A stretch of 64,000 nt of DNA from the NCBI GenBank assembly GCA_040357565.1, contig JBDODJ010000019.1, one strand, 5' to 3'. The DNA is from Cercozoa sp. M6MM. Taxonomy: Eukaryota; Protista; Endomyxa: Ascetosporea. Shown here piece by piece: positions 40,275 to 50,748 of the stretch. Position numbers and translations under genes: made by a program. Every line of letters begins with the position of its first letter. Position 1 is the first letter of the stretch. The notes below the pieces were generated by a model, which saw only the letters and a program-made list of their open reading frames with translations, did no database searches and had not been told where the DNA came from.

Positions 40275-40284
40275 NNNNNNNNNN

Positions 40285-40336
<52 letters not shown>

Positions 40337-40388
40337 GCACCAAGTTCGGTGACAGTGTGAACTCAAAGTGCATGTCAAATTCCTCCAA
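38048..40388 (-). CDS. Hypothetical protein, multi-exon (5' end uncertain, spans the gap/microsatellite)
   Basis: A chain of coding-like minus-strand segments separated by GT..AG, pyrimidine-rich introns. No motif recognised. Confidence 0.5.
40013..40336. repeat. Long (GT)n microsatellite containing assembly gaps (N at 40064-40185 and 40275-40284)
   Basis: Directly visible. Confidence 0.97.
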
Positions 40389-41205
40389 CCAGTCACAAAA
40401 TCCGGTTCACAAGCATCTGAACGAAAACTAAATTGTATACTTTACCAGGACATGATTTTGAGGATTAAACAACAGTTATACCGGACAAAGGGTCATAAAG
40501 TTGAGCCTCGCACCACAAGAGGTACATTAACGCGTTAGAGATGGCATGCTTCAACTGTTCACACCCAATAGGTATAAATGACGACAGAACGAAAAGCCTA
40601 TATTGATACCTATTGGGTGAAGTTGCCGCTTGTCGAAGTGCGCGCAAAGCGAAGCTCTAACCCAAGCACAACAGGAGACAGCTTGAGAAAGGGGTAAGAT
40701 CAATCGCTGATAGTACTGTAGAGCATGGGTACTGTGATGTCCTTGGAGTGCTCAGTCGATGTCTGCACTTCCAACATGCGATCCGGGCCCTTTTACTGCA
40801 TAACAGCAAAAGGCATCGGGATTCAGTCTATTGAGGGGCGCTCAAGTGGAAGAAGTGAAGGAATTGGGCGCACCAAAAGCTTCTGTTAGCACCGAAATGC
40901 ATGTTTCGACGCCAGGATTTTTCGTGCCCATCTCGCCTCCAATTGTTGTGCACCAAAAAAGGCAACAGAACAATTGTGCAACGCGGTCAATTCTAGTGCG
41001 AGTTGGTAGTTTGTGGTCAGAAGTCTACGGATACAGTACTGGAGCACAGATACAGGAGGATAAAGAGCAATCGTAGTTCGGTTGAACTGATCATTGATGG
41101 GATGATGACTGTGCTGTAGCCAGCAGCCATTACTTTTGTCTTTTCTCCTTCTGGGCTTGAGTTTTAACTTGCGGAAGGTTGACGCGGCAGAAGTTTGAGT
41201 CTAGC

Positions 41206-42222
41206 ATGCCCGACCCTTTCTTGGTACACTCTTCTGGTTTTGTCTGATGATCCGGGATGCTGTTGTTGTGTCGTCGCCAGGGAGAGATCCGGATGTTCGC
41301 CGGCACCTTTGCGCCAAGAGGCTACGCGTTTTGCCATGGACAGCTTCTGGCCATTTCCGAAAACACGGTCTGCGCAGAGTCTTAAAAATAAACTTTGTCT
41401 GTCTCAGAGATGTAGATGTTAAGGTTTGTTCGGTTGTGCAGGCGCTTTTCAGTCTGCTCGGAGCAGCGTACGGAGGAGACGGTCGCACCACGTTTGCTCT
41501 CCCGGACCTGCGCTCCCGTGTTCCTGTTGGCGCAGGGAAAGGACTCGGACTTACTGGTATACTTCCTCTCAATTGTCGAGTGGTGTATGTACAACTATGG
41601 AGAGTCATCAATGCGTGTTGCCTTTGAACAGAGGTAACCCTCGGAGCCAAGTACGGTGTCGAAAAGTCGATCGCGCAAGTGCAGCTCACTTCAAGTCAAA
41701 CCCTGGAATTCGACGTGTCAGCTACTGCGCCGCCCTCCCTGCCGCAGGTCGATGTCGCCACCTCGAGTTCCAACCCGCAAAGTATGTTCTCGTTTTGTCA
41801 CCTTTTCTAGCGCTGTGTGATTTACCTGGTGCATTGGGGAAGCAGGCAGCTTCGCACCCGGTCGCATTCCTCTCCAACCTGAACTACGTTTCACCGACCC
41901 GTACACTTGACATTCAGTTTTTTGCATTGCTTGATTCTTTTTTGCTGCCATCCGACAGTGCTGATGCGGGGGGTACCGAAAAGATGGATATCAACGCGTT
42001 CCTTGGTGCCAATCTGGCAACCACCGGCAGCACCGAGACAGTGCAGGTACGTTCTTCTGTCCTCTGTACCCAAATTAGGTCATCTTGGTTCTTAATTTAC
42101 TACATTTTTAGGTGCCGCTAACAGTGTCGGCACAGAGTGATGTCTCCGTCGACACACACCAGCCCTCTCTCGGCATCTCGTACATCATTGCGCTCCAGGG
42201 CGTTTTCCCTTCGCGTAGCTAA
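41206..42222 (+). CDS. Phage tail-collar domain protein (bacterial MdpB / 'microcystin-dependent protein'-like), 7 exons, about 207 aa
   Basis: Exons 41206-41223, 41281-41367, 41442-41556, 41632-41781, 41846-41900, 41959-42046 and 42112-42222 (624 nt) give MPDPFLGEIRMFAGTFAPRGYAFCHGQLLAISENTALFSLLGAAYGGDGRTTFALPDLRSRVPVGAG...QPSLGISYIIALQGVFPSRS*. Confidence 0.93.
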
Positions 42223-42320
42223 CCGGTGTCACCATTTGCCCATTGCCTGCCTGTCGAGCCTGAACTCTGTGCAGTTCAAACTAAACGAAAGAGAGTTAGT
42301 TTAGTCGAGTCTTGTATGCT

Positions 42321-42847
42321 TGTTACTGTCAACATCAAACAACCTACTCGGCTGACTACATGCTCCGCGTGGAAGCTAAATTCACCAGTCATGCCAAATA
42401 AGAATTGAAGTGTTTTGCTAAGGTCGAGAGCTGGTAGCCTAACAATTGAGTGCTGCCTAGCTTGGCATACCCTGTGTTTGGTAGAGTGGCGAGCAGCTTG
42501 AAACTGCTGCAAGAATTGAATAAAGGCCCTCTTTCCAATACCAGGTACCTCAAGGGATACTGTGCTTGTTGACACCAAGCAATTGACTTGCTCTAGCTTG
42601 AGCAGGGCAAGAGGGTTTTTTTCTTTTGTTCATCATCGAACAAACCTCTCAACACTCTCAACTGTAACGACGGCACTACCTGGGGTAACCTTCTCTCTTC
42701 TGATATCTTTCGGTTTATTGAGACGTCGAACGAACACTAAATTAAACGACCTTACATTCTTACTTCTCTTTAGTCGTTGTATTCACTAAAATTGACAATC
42801 TCACAATCAACATGTTACTGTCAACATCAAACAACCTACTCGGCTGA
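42321..42847. repeat. 35-bp perfect direct repeats (42321-42355 and 42813-42847) flanking a segment of about 457 bp
   Basis: TGTTACTGTCAACATCAAACAACCTACTCGGCTGA occurs twice. Confidence 0.9.
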
Positions 42848-42906
42848 TTACGTAACAGGAACTATTAACGCAACGAAATGAAACAAAAAGAATGGAATCC
42901 GATCGA

Positions 42907-43791
42907 CTAGGGCATGAGCAAATCGTAGTCGTCGAGCTTGTCGTGGTATTTGCGGATATGTCTCTGGATCTTGGAACCATCGACCCAGGTGACGTAGTCC
43001 TCAAGGTCGCGTGTCACCAAAAACGCCGGGTCTGACACGACCTCGGTGCCGACTCGAACGTGGCCTAACACACCCAAGAATACCAAGAAATATTATGTAT
43101 GAACAAAGACAAGGCACCTTGCTGAATGTACGTGGTGGCCTGCTTGATAGACTCGGCCATGTGCAATCGCACCAGCACCACCGGTAAGCGTCGTCGGCAC
43201 ACGGCGGCCACCGTGAGCTTGTCGATCTGCGACAGCGAAGTCGTCGCATTGATCAGACCCATGCGGTGCAGCTTTTCCAGCAACTGCTTTGTCGTACGCA
43301 TTCGGAAGGGATCGCGCGGGTGCAGTTTCGTCAGCATCGCTACGGGTGCAGTAAAGTGCCAGGAATACACAAGGATTTTTTATAGCCTCAATATCGACCC
43401 AACTTTAACTTGATAACAAAAGCGAAAACGAAGAGAAACGATAAGAAAGCAGCAGGAATCTAGTGAAAGTACCGGAAAGCTTGCGAACACGACCGACGAT
43501 ACGGTTGTAACGCACGTATTCCTCGCGCTGGTCTATGCGGTAGCGTCGCATCACTGCGCTTTGCCGCTCGTCGTCGGACGACTTCCATCGCACAAAGTCG
43601 ACCTTCTGCTCACGAACAGGAAAAACATACAACAGAACAGTCAAAGACAAATAACGCAGCATACCTTGAGCAGCTTCTTCTCATGGAATTTCAGTTTCCT
43701 GCACAGAAAAAAGTGATTTTATTGTGGTCCAGATCGAACACAGCGCGAATCTCGATAATCGCCCTCAGAGGCGAGCGCAGTAGTACCTCAT
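42907..43791 (-). CDS. IMP3: U3 snoRNP protein IMP3
   Basis: [76 protein letters not shown]. 5 exons. Confidence 0.96.
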
Positions 43792-43972
43792 TGTAATTCC
43801 GCACTACTCGCGACACAAGCACGGTCTCTCAGCGAGAAGACAGCGATTTTCTGTGTAGTGTCGGCGCTCAGAAGTTTACGCCACTATCGACTAACTTGAG
43901 TGTGTGCAAGCGTGACCTGGCTAGTTTGTTTTTAAAGCAAACGCATTTGGCACAGCCGCCACTGTAGCTGGA
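43792..43972. promoter_or_regulatory. Probable bidirectional promoter between IMP3 and TTI1
   Basis: The inferred start codons are head-to-head and only about 180 bp apart. Confidence 0.55.
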
Positions 43973-46900
43973 ATGCTGCACCCGAGCTTTTTGCTTGCGC
44001 TGGATGGTATTTTTGTTTTTTTGTTATACGCTCGTAAGTTGTTACTGTTTTGTTTGCAGACCTGAGGAATGCGAGCTTTCAAACGCGTGATGAGCATGAA
44101 CAAAAGCGGCTGCTGGATGACACATCAAACGCACTGCGTTTGTGCTCGTTGACCGACGTGAGCGTGTTTCGCTTCACTTTCGATCTTGTCGTGAGATTGG
44201 GCTTGGCAACAGCAACAAATTCGGTATCTTTGATTCCGAGGATTTCCATTTTGAGAGTCCATTTTGAAAGCACGTTGAGAGTTCCATTTTGAAAGCACGC
44301 TCTTTGTTGCAGGAAGGAGAAAGACGCTTCGTGAGGACGGAGCCGGTTCGAGTGGCAACGATCCGGCTGCTGCAGGCTTTGTTTGATGCTGCGCAACGTG
44401 GTTCGCTTCTCGTCCAGACATCAAGGCAACTGCAGCGACCGCCCGAAGTGATCGGCGAGTTTCACGATGTTTTGAAGCAACTTGGCGCACCAAAGTTCCG
44501 TGCTTCGCTGGGACACATGATTTTCTTGCTGTTGCGCATCGCTTGTCGCGAAACTGATGATGGTACTCTCTGTCTCAAAGTTTCGCAACGCAAGCGTATA
44601 CTCCTGACGAAAATCACAGTGAAAGCTGATGCGAAATCGACTCAAGTGGCCGCTTTGCGATGTTTGCGCACGACCTTTGAATCGTTGCAGTTCGTGAGCA
44701 GCATTGCTTCCGAGGTCGCCGATGTCGTTGCGCACTGTACTTTGACTCGAATTAAAGTGCCTTCTTGAGAGGTCCGATTTGCTCGACACAGTTCTTCCTG
44801 GCGTGGTTGCACACACTGCAACGATTGCTTCGAAGCGAGATTTGCAATCGTAGCTGATCCCTTTCCAAGCATGGAGCTTTCACATCGTGTGCCTGTGCAG
44901 AGGAAGTGCTGTGTTCGCGGCTGCAGTGTCCTTGTTCGCCCAAGTTACGGTTATGTGCTTTAACGACACCGTGTTGAAGCACGAAGCGCAAGAGAGTGTC
45001 GACAACGCTGATGCTGCGACGAAGCTGCAAAACCTACTTCAGAAACATGAAGCTCAAAGCGAAATCGATAGCGAAATCGATAGCGAAATTGAAAGCAAGC
45101 AATCGAAGCAAGTTTCCGAACACCAAGTTCGCACGGAGCACTGGCAGGCTGAAGCACGAAAGCACGTCGCCAACCTCATTTCGACAGGTGTTTTTGCTCC
45201 GGCAACGGTTTCGTTCGCACGTCGCTCTTCTCGCTTCTGTCTTGCGTTGATCGAAGCTGCGCACCGCTTGCTCACCAAGTGCCGCGACTTCTTTGCCGAA
45301 ACGAGCGAGGCGATGGTGTGTACGCGCACCCGACTCTTGCAGACGGTTCTCACGATGACGCAGCACGAGCTTCCGCAGGTTTCGCAATCAGCCGCTGCAG
45401 TTTCGGCGAGTCTGCGTGCGATGGTCGAAGTCGACAGCGGCTTTCACTCGACGCTCATCGAGCTGCTGCGAAAGCAACTCACTCGTTTGCCGGAACTCCT
45501 CGTGGAAGCTGACTCAACTCGAAAGGTTGCGACGCTCCGTCGTGCGCGTACTCTCTTGGTGCTTTTTCTTTGGACTGTTGGTTTTCGTTTATGTCCCGGG
45601 GTGCTTTACAGTGCTTTCTGGCCGAGTTCAAGAACGAAATGCTCGAGGCGATGCTCTTGTGCGACGAGGTGCTTCTAGCTTTGACAGAGATTGCGCGTGT
45701 GAGCAAGCAGCCGGGTCAAGTGCTCGAGTCGGTAGCTTTGCGCGAAGCTTCGGTCGGAAGCGCGACTGTCCAAAGCAGCGACATTGTCGTGAGTGGCGGC
45801 GAAACGAAAGAGCGCGTGGTCGAGTTCTTCTTGGTGCCACTCGTCGTGTGCGATGACAGTTCCTCGCGCTTCGAGTTGTGCGCTTTGCTCCACAATTTCG
45901 GCGTCGCTTTTGAGTCGAGTGCTTTGAGCGAAAGCGACGAAGCGAATCGAGTGGCGACGTGTGTCATCGGACTCGCAGTGAACGAGATTTGCGATGCGTC
46001 GTCGCAGCTCACTTCGAGCGAGAGTGAAACAACACTCGAGCAGCGTTTGTGTGCGATGCTTTTCGTCGCTTCGAAACTGTGCGTCGCGAGTCGGCAGCAC
46101 GAGTCGGCTGAAGAAGCGATGCGCGAGGTTTTGCTGGGTGTGTTGCCAACTCTGCGAAAGCTTCGGTCGGAACAAGGCGTCGCTTTGGCACTTCGACTGC
46201 TGGCTTCGCTCGCTGCGGGTGCGCCGCGACGTCGCTTGTTTCGCTTCGTGCGCGTGCTTTCTCTCTCTCTTGTTCTGTTTTCTTTCCAAAGTAAGTGTGA
46301 CTATGTGGAACAGTTGAATTTGTTCGAAATGCTCATCTTTGTTGGTTCGCCTGTTCGGCACGTCGCTTTGGCAGCGGTCTCGTCACTCACGCTGCTGGCG
46401 TACTGTGTTTGATTGTTCCGATTGTTTTTGTCTTTTCCGACGCAGTGTGTGCAGTTGGCACTGCCAAGTGGCCTCACTGCCGGCACTGGTGGCACAGTGC
46501 GCCGATGTGCTGGTCGATGACGTCGAACGACAGCTGCGACGCGGAATTCAGCAGCAGCAGGACACTCGAGCTGATACACATGCCTGTGCACGCATGTTGG
46601 ATGCCATTCTCGTTCTAATTAAGGGTGCACTTTCACTTCCCTCTCTATTGTGAAGCATATGAAAGTACACGACTGTTCCGCAGACCAAGAAGAGAGTCGA
46701 CTGGTGCAGTCGATGCTGCCGGCGATGCGTGTGTTGCTGCAGACGCTTGATCTCGCTCTGTCGCCACGCGCACAGCGACAGCTCCTGGCAGACACGGTTG
46801 TTCTCGTTGCACAGGCCACGCGACGTTATGGCTTTGGGTACGTGCTCTTCTCTCCTTATATCATGTGGTATGTGTTATCTCTATCTGCCCATGCGCAGCG

Positions 46901-48923
46901 CCGAGTTGGAAACCACGCTGCAACACCTGGCCACGCAGGTCGACAGTGTGCCTGTGTACCTGCGACTACTGACACGGATGCTACATGCACTGCGGCGTCA
47001 CGTGGCACCTGACACCGTTAGCCATAATGATGCAGTTCCCTTACTGAACGATGTCGCTGCCGAAGATGAAGAACTGCCGCACTTGGTAGTCACTCATGTC
47101 GAGACTGCCAACAACGACGCAGCTTGCAATTTCGACAAAGTCCTCGATGAAGCTGTTTCTGCTTTGGTACAGATAAGTTTGTTTGTGTCTGTATTAGCTA
47201 AATGTCTATATAAACTAAATGCATACTTAGGACACAAGCCAAATGGAGCAGTTCGAGGTTTCGACTGAAGAACTCGAGCGATTCAAGCAAGAACAAGCCG
47301 AAACAAACGATCATAGCATTGATCACACCAATGAGCCTGACGATGAGGATCGAGATGTATCAGTTGCTCTGTATAAACTCAAAGCTTCGCATTCTTTTTT
47401 GTGCTCGCAGCCCATTCCAGAGGAACAAATCGCTCTCGATATCGTTGAACGCACAAGACATGCCCTTGCTGACGGCGACAGTGGTATCATCACTTCGTGC
47501 TCTTTGTGCGCTTTTGTTTTACATTGTGAAAAATAGTTGGAGCGACTGAACGTCTGCTGGTCCAGCAAGACGCCAGTACACTGCAGCGACTTCTTGGCCG
47601 GACCGCCACGGCAGACGATGCTCATCACGTATACCAACGCCATGTTTATTAAAACAAAATGCTATCGTATCCAGGTGACGACCTTGGCGGACAATGTGGC
47701 GCGTGAGAGATCGCTGCGTCGACGAAAGGCTGCTTTGAACGCTCTTGGCGCTGCGCTAAGATTACTCGCTGTTTGTGGTACTGTGCTTTATTTATTATAG
47801 GCCAGACAATTATAGGCCAGACAATCTAAAAATCCTTCTGTTAAGGCCAACACGAGCACTTGCTACCGGCAGTGGCGGACGTGTGGCCTCTTTTGGTCGA
47901 CATTCTTGGTACTTGGACTGGGAACTTTAGTTAAGGGCTAGTAAGATTGACCTATTCTGACAGACAATGATGCACTGACGCTGCAGAGACGGAGGCCAAC
48001 AAGTGCCCTGTCTTTCACTGATTTCCTGACTTTAGTCGTGCTAGGATTAACTTGTGCGTGCCAGTAGAGGAGGACAAGCAGGAACAGTTGCGAGCACGCG
48101 CTGTTTCGCTATCTGCTTTGGGTACAATTCAACTTGGGTTTCTTTCCAGGCTTGCTTGACGTTGTCTTCTCTGTGTAGGTGCTTTTTCGGTGCTCGACGT
48201 TGCTGCTTCACTTGCTGGTATGATTGATTCTCATTGTACTTTGTTGTCCCGAGCCTATCTTTTGTGGTAGGCGACTTTTTGGCGCGGAGATTTGCCACAC
48301 AGCTTCTACCAGTGCTGCGGCGTCTGTTGACTGCCTTGTCGCAACACGTCGCAGTCCAACGTAACTTCTCCCCTTTAGTTTAAGTCTTTGTTTTACATTG
48401 ACAAAACACAGCGGAAGAAGTGCACGAACGACTGCTGAATTTGCTATTGCGTTTCGTGCGACGATGCTGCCACGTTCCACACCTGCTTAATGGGTACACT
48501 TGCTTTGTTTTATTAAACCGGAAAACACCGTTAATATTAACCACAGCTGCGTGCATGACGTGATTTTCATGTTGCTACCTCTCCTCGACAATGCCTTGGT
48601 ATCATCTAGTTTTGCTAGAGAACTGAACATCGATATGTGAGTTTGCGCAGCCTGAAACAGTCCAGCAAAATGCTGCACGTGCCTGCGCGCAGGTGGCCAA
48701 GCATGACGCCGACGCTATCTGGGCGTGCTGCGAGTTGCTCCACCAACAGTTAGGCAACGTGTTGGGTACGTCAGTCATTCCTGTCTGCCTTGTACCACAC
48801 ACGGTCTTGTGTTTTTGTTTTTCAACAGAGCCCGAGCTATCACAGCTTCAAGCCGAAGCGACGACCTTGCGCGGCGACATACCCATGCACACGTCGGTGC
48901 TTACGAAAGCAAGACGGTCGTAG
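43973..48923 (+). CDS. TTI1: TELO2-interacting protein 1 (TTT complex), HEAT repeats, multi-exon
   Basis: Motifs in TTI1 order: VLPGVV, VRTEHWQAEA, LLTKC, LTRLP...KVATL, QIALDIVERTRHAL, LLPAVADVWP, GDFLARRF..LLP, DADAIW. Confidence 0.82.
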
Positions 48924-49606
48924 ATACGCGCTGCACGTGCGATGTAATGCTATCTGAAGGACGGAGGGTACAGGGAGCGCATTTAGTCTATCCTCTAGTC
49001 TATCCTCTCTAGTTCTAGAACTATCAGAACTGTCGCACCGCACATACCCTTCGCTTCATCATAGAGCTACAGCACATGCCCTCTTCAGTTCTAGAACTGC
49101 AGTGCGTATTGAACATGCTCTTGTGGCCTCGTACTCCTAATTGTCTGTGTCTCGCGTCTGACTGTGGGAGTTCTAGGGTCACAGGAAGCCCCCGCACGCA
49201 TTGTTGTTTTGCACCTCCACGGGATTGATGTTTAGAAAAATCAATCAAACACGCGATAGTTCTTGAACCAGGTGCCCAAGCGAAATAATGATTCTGGTCG
49301 CCTGGACGTGCTAAAGCTTGCACAAACAACTGAAGCGCTGTAACACACGCAGTGTGGCGATCTAAAAGCGACCCAACTCTCTATCTTTGGACGGTACAAA
49401 AGCCACAGCAAAACGGCTGGCTACAACAGCAAGGTCGGGTCGCGGCATCCTAAGGCGCAGTTGTGTAAATCGCTGGCGTGATTGTGCTGTGGTACAGTGC
49501 TTACAGCATATGAGCATGCAGAGTTGTGCAAGCTGTGGCTTTTTTCTCTGTTGTTTTGTAAGTGTGCTCGGTGTGTGCAGACAGAGCGGGAACAGCGTCT
49601 CTCACC

Positions 49607-50551
49607 ATGGGCAACTTCTTCATCAGCGCGATGGAAACCGTCGCCAAGAACACGCAGGTGCAGCTTTTTTTGCTTTTTGTGTGTAGTGCCGAGCATCGAT
49701 GTTTGTTGTGCTTTGTGGCGTTTGTGCAGAGCGGCTTCCTTAAGGCCGTGGCGATGCGCACGATGGCGCCGCAGCAGTCGCTGCAGGACCTGCGCAAGGC
49801 CATCTGGGTAGCTCAAATTAGCTGCCTCTTCGACCCGAGTGATATCGCAAGCTTGTCATGTCCTTGCAGATCTCGCGTTTCGAGTACTGGTCGCGCCGAA
49901 TGCGTGACCGACCGGTCATTCGCAACACGGTGCGTTTTTCTCGCCCTGTTTTCGCGATATGTTCTCGCGATATGTTCTCGCGATAGACGCTGATTATTTT
50001 GGTGCCGTGCAGGCCAAGCTGGAGTGGCAGCTCATCAAGAAGAACATCATCAAGAACCCGGAGCAGTGGACGCTGAACAACGCGTGGTGGGCCACCGTCG
50101 CCGGCTTCTATCTTTTCGTGCAGTTCCGCATTGGTGAGGCGCTCGGTCGCGGCAACATCTGGGGCTACGAGGTCGAGGGCTACAACAACCGCGGTCTCTA
50201 CCATGCATCGACCAACTACCACGTCGTCGGCCTGCAACCGCACCTGGTAGCCTCATGTGCCCCGTTGTGCTTTGTTTCACTTTTCCCCTCTTTGACTCCT
50301 TCCCTTTGCAGCCGTTCGCGCCCTTCATGAGCGGCGACGATCAGCTCGCCAAGATCCCGGAACTCACGGGTGAGCAGGCCGCGCGCTTCGCCTCGCGCTC
50401 CAAGCCGCGTGCTCCTGCTGCCCCGGCTGCTCCGGCCGCTGCCAAGCCGAGCGCTGCTGTTCAGGCTGCCCCTGCTGCTGCCCCGGCTGCTGCTGCCCCG
50501 GCCGACGATGGCCTGACGGGCCTCGTCAGCTCATTTGGCATCCAGCTTTAA
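49607..50551 (+). CDS. Mitochondrial ATP synthase subunit g-like protein with an Ala/Pro-rich C-terminal extension
   Basis: FRIGEALGRGNIWGYEV matches the subunit g F-x-x-G-E-x-x-G-R-x4-G-Y motif. Strongly GC3-biased codons. 5 exons. Confidence 0.75.
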
Positions 50552-50748
50552 GTCGACACTGTTGGTTGCTCTGAGTCGCTCGCCACTTAGTCGTACTAGT
50601 GGTATTGAATGCTTGAGCGTCAGGTAGCCTAGCGTCAGGTATCGATGGCAATTAGATTCTGCCCGCCGTCGCGTCAATCAACTGTAGCTAAACGTACGGT
50701 ACTCGACCGCCCACAGTATCCGATCGTACAGTATGTGAACGATAACGC

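Noticed and set aside
39876-40431. His/Thr- or Cys/Val-repeat proteins in the ORF track (also at 9067-9605, 10370-11584, 31270-31684)
   Set aside because: These are translations of (CA/GT)n and (TA)n microsatellites and N gaps.
40400-42900. Prophage or bacterial contaminant around the tail-collar gene
   Set aside because: There are no other phage genes, and the gene has six spliceosomal introns and eukaryotic neighbours.
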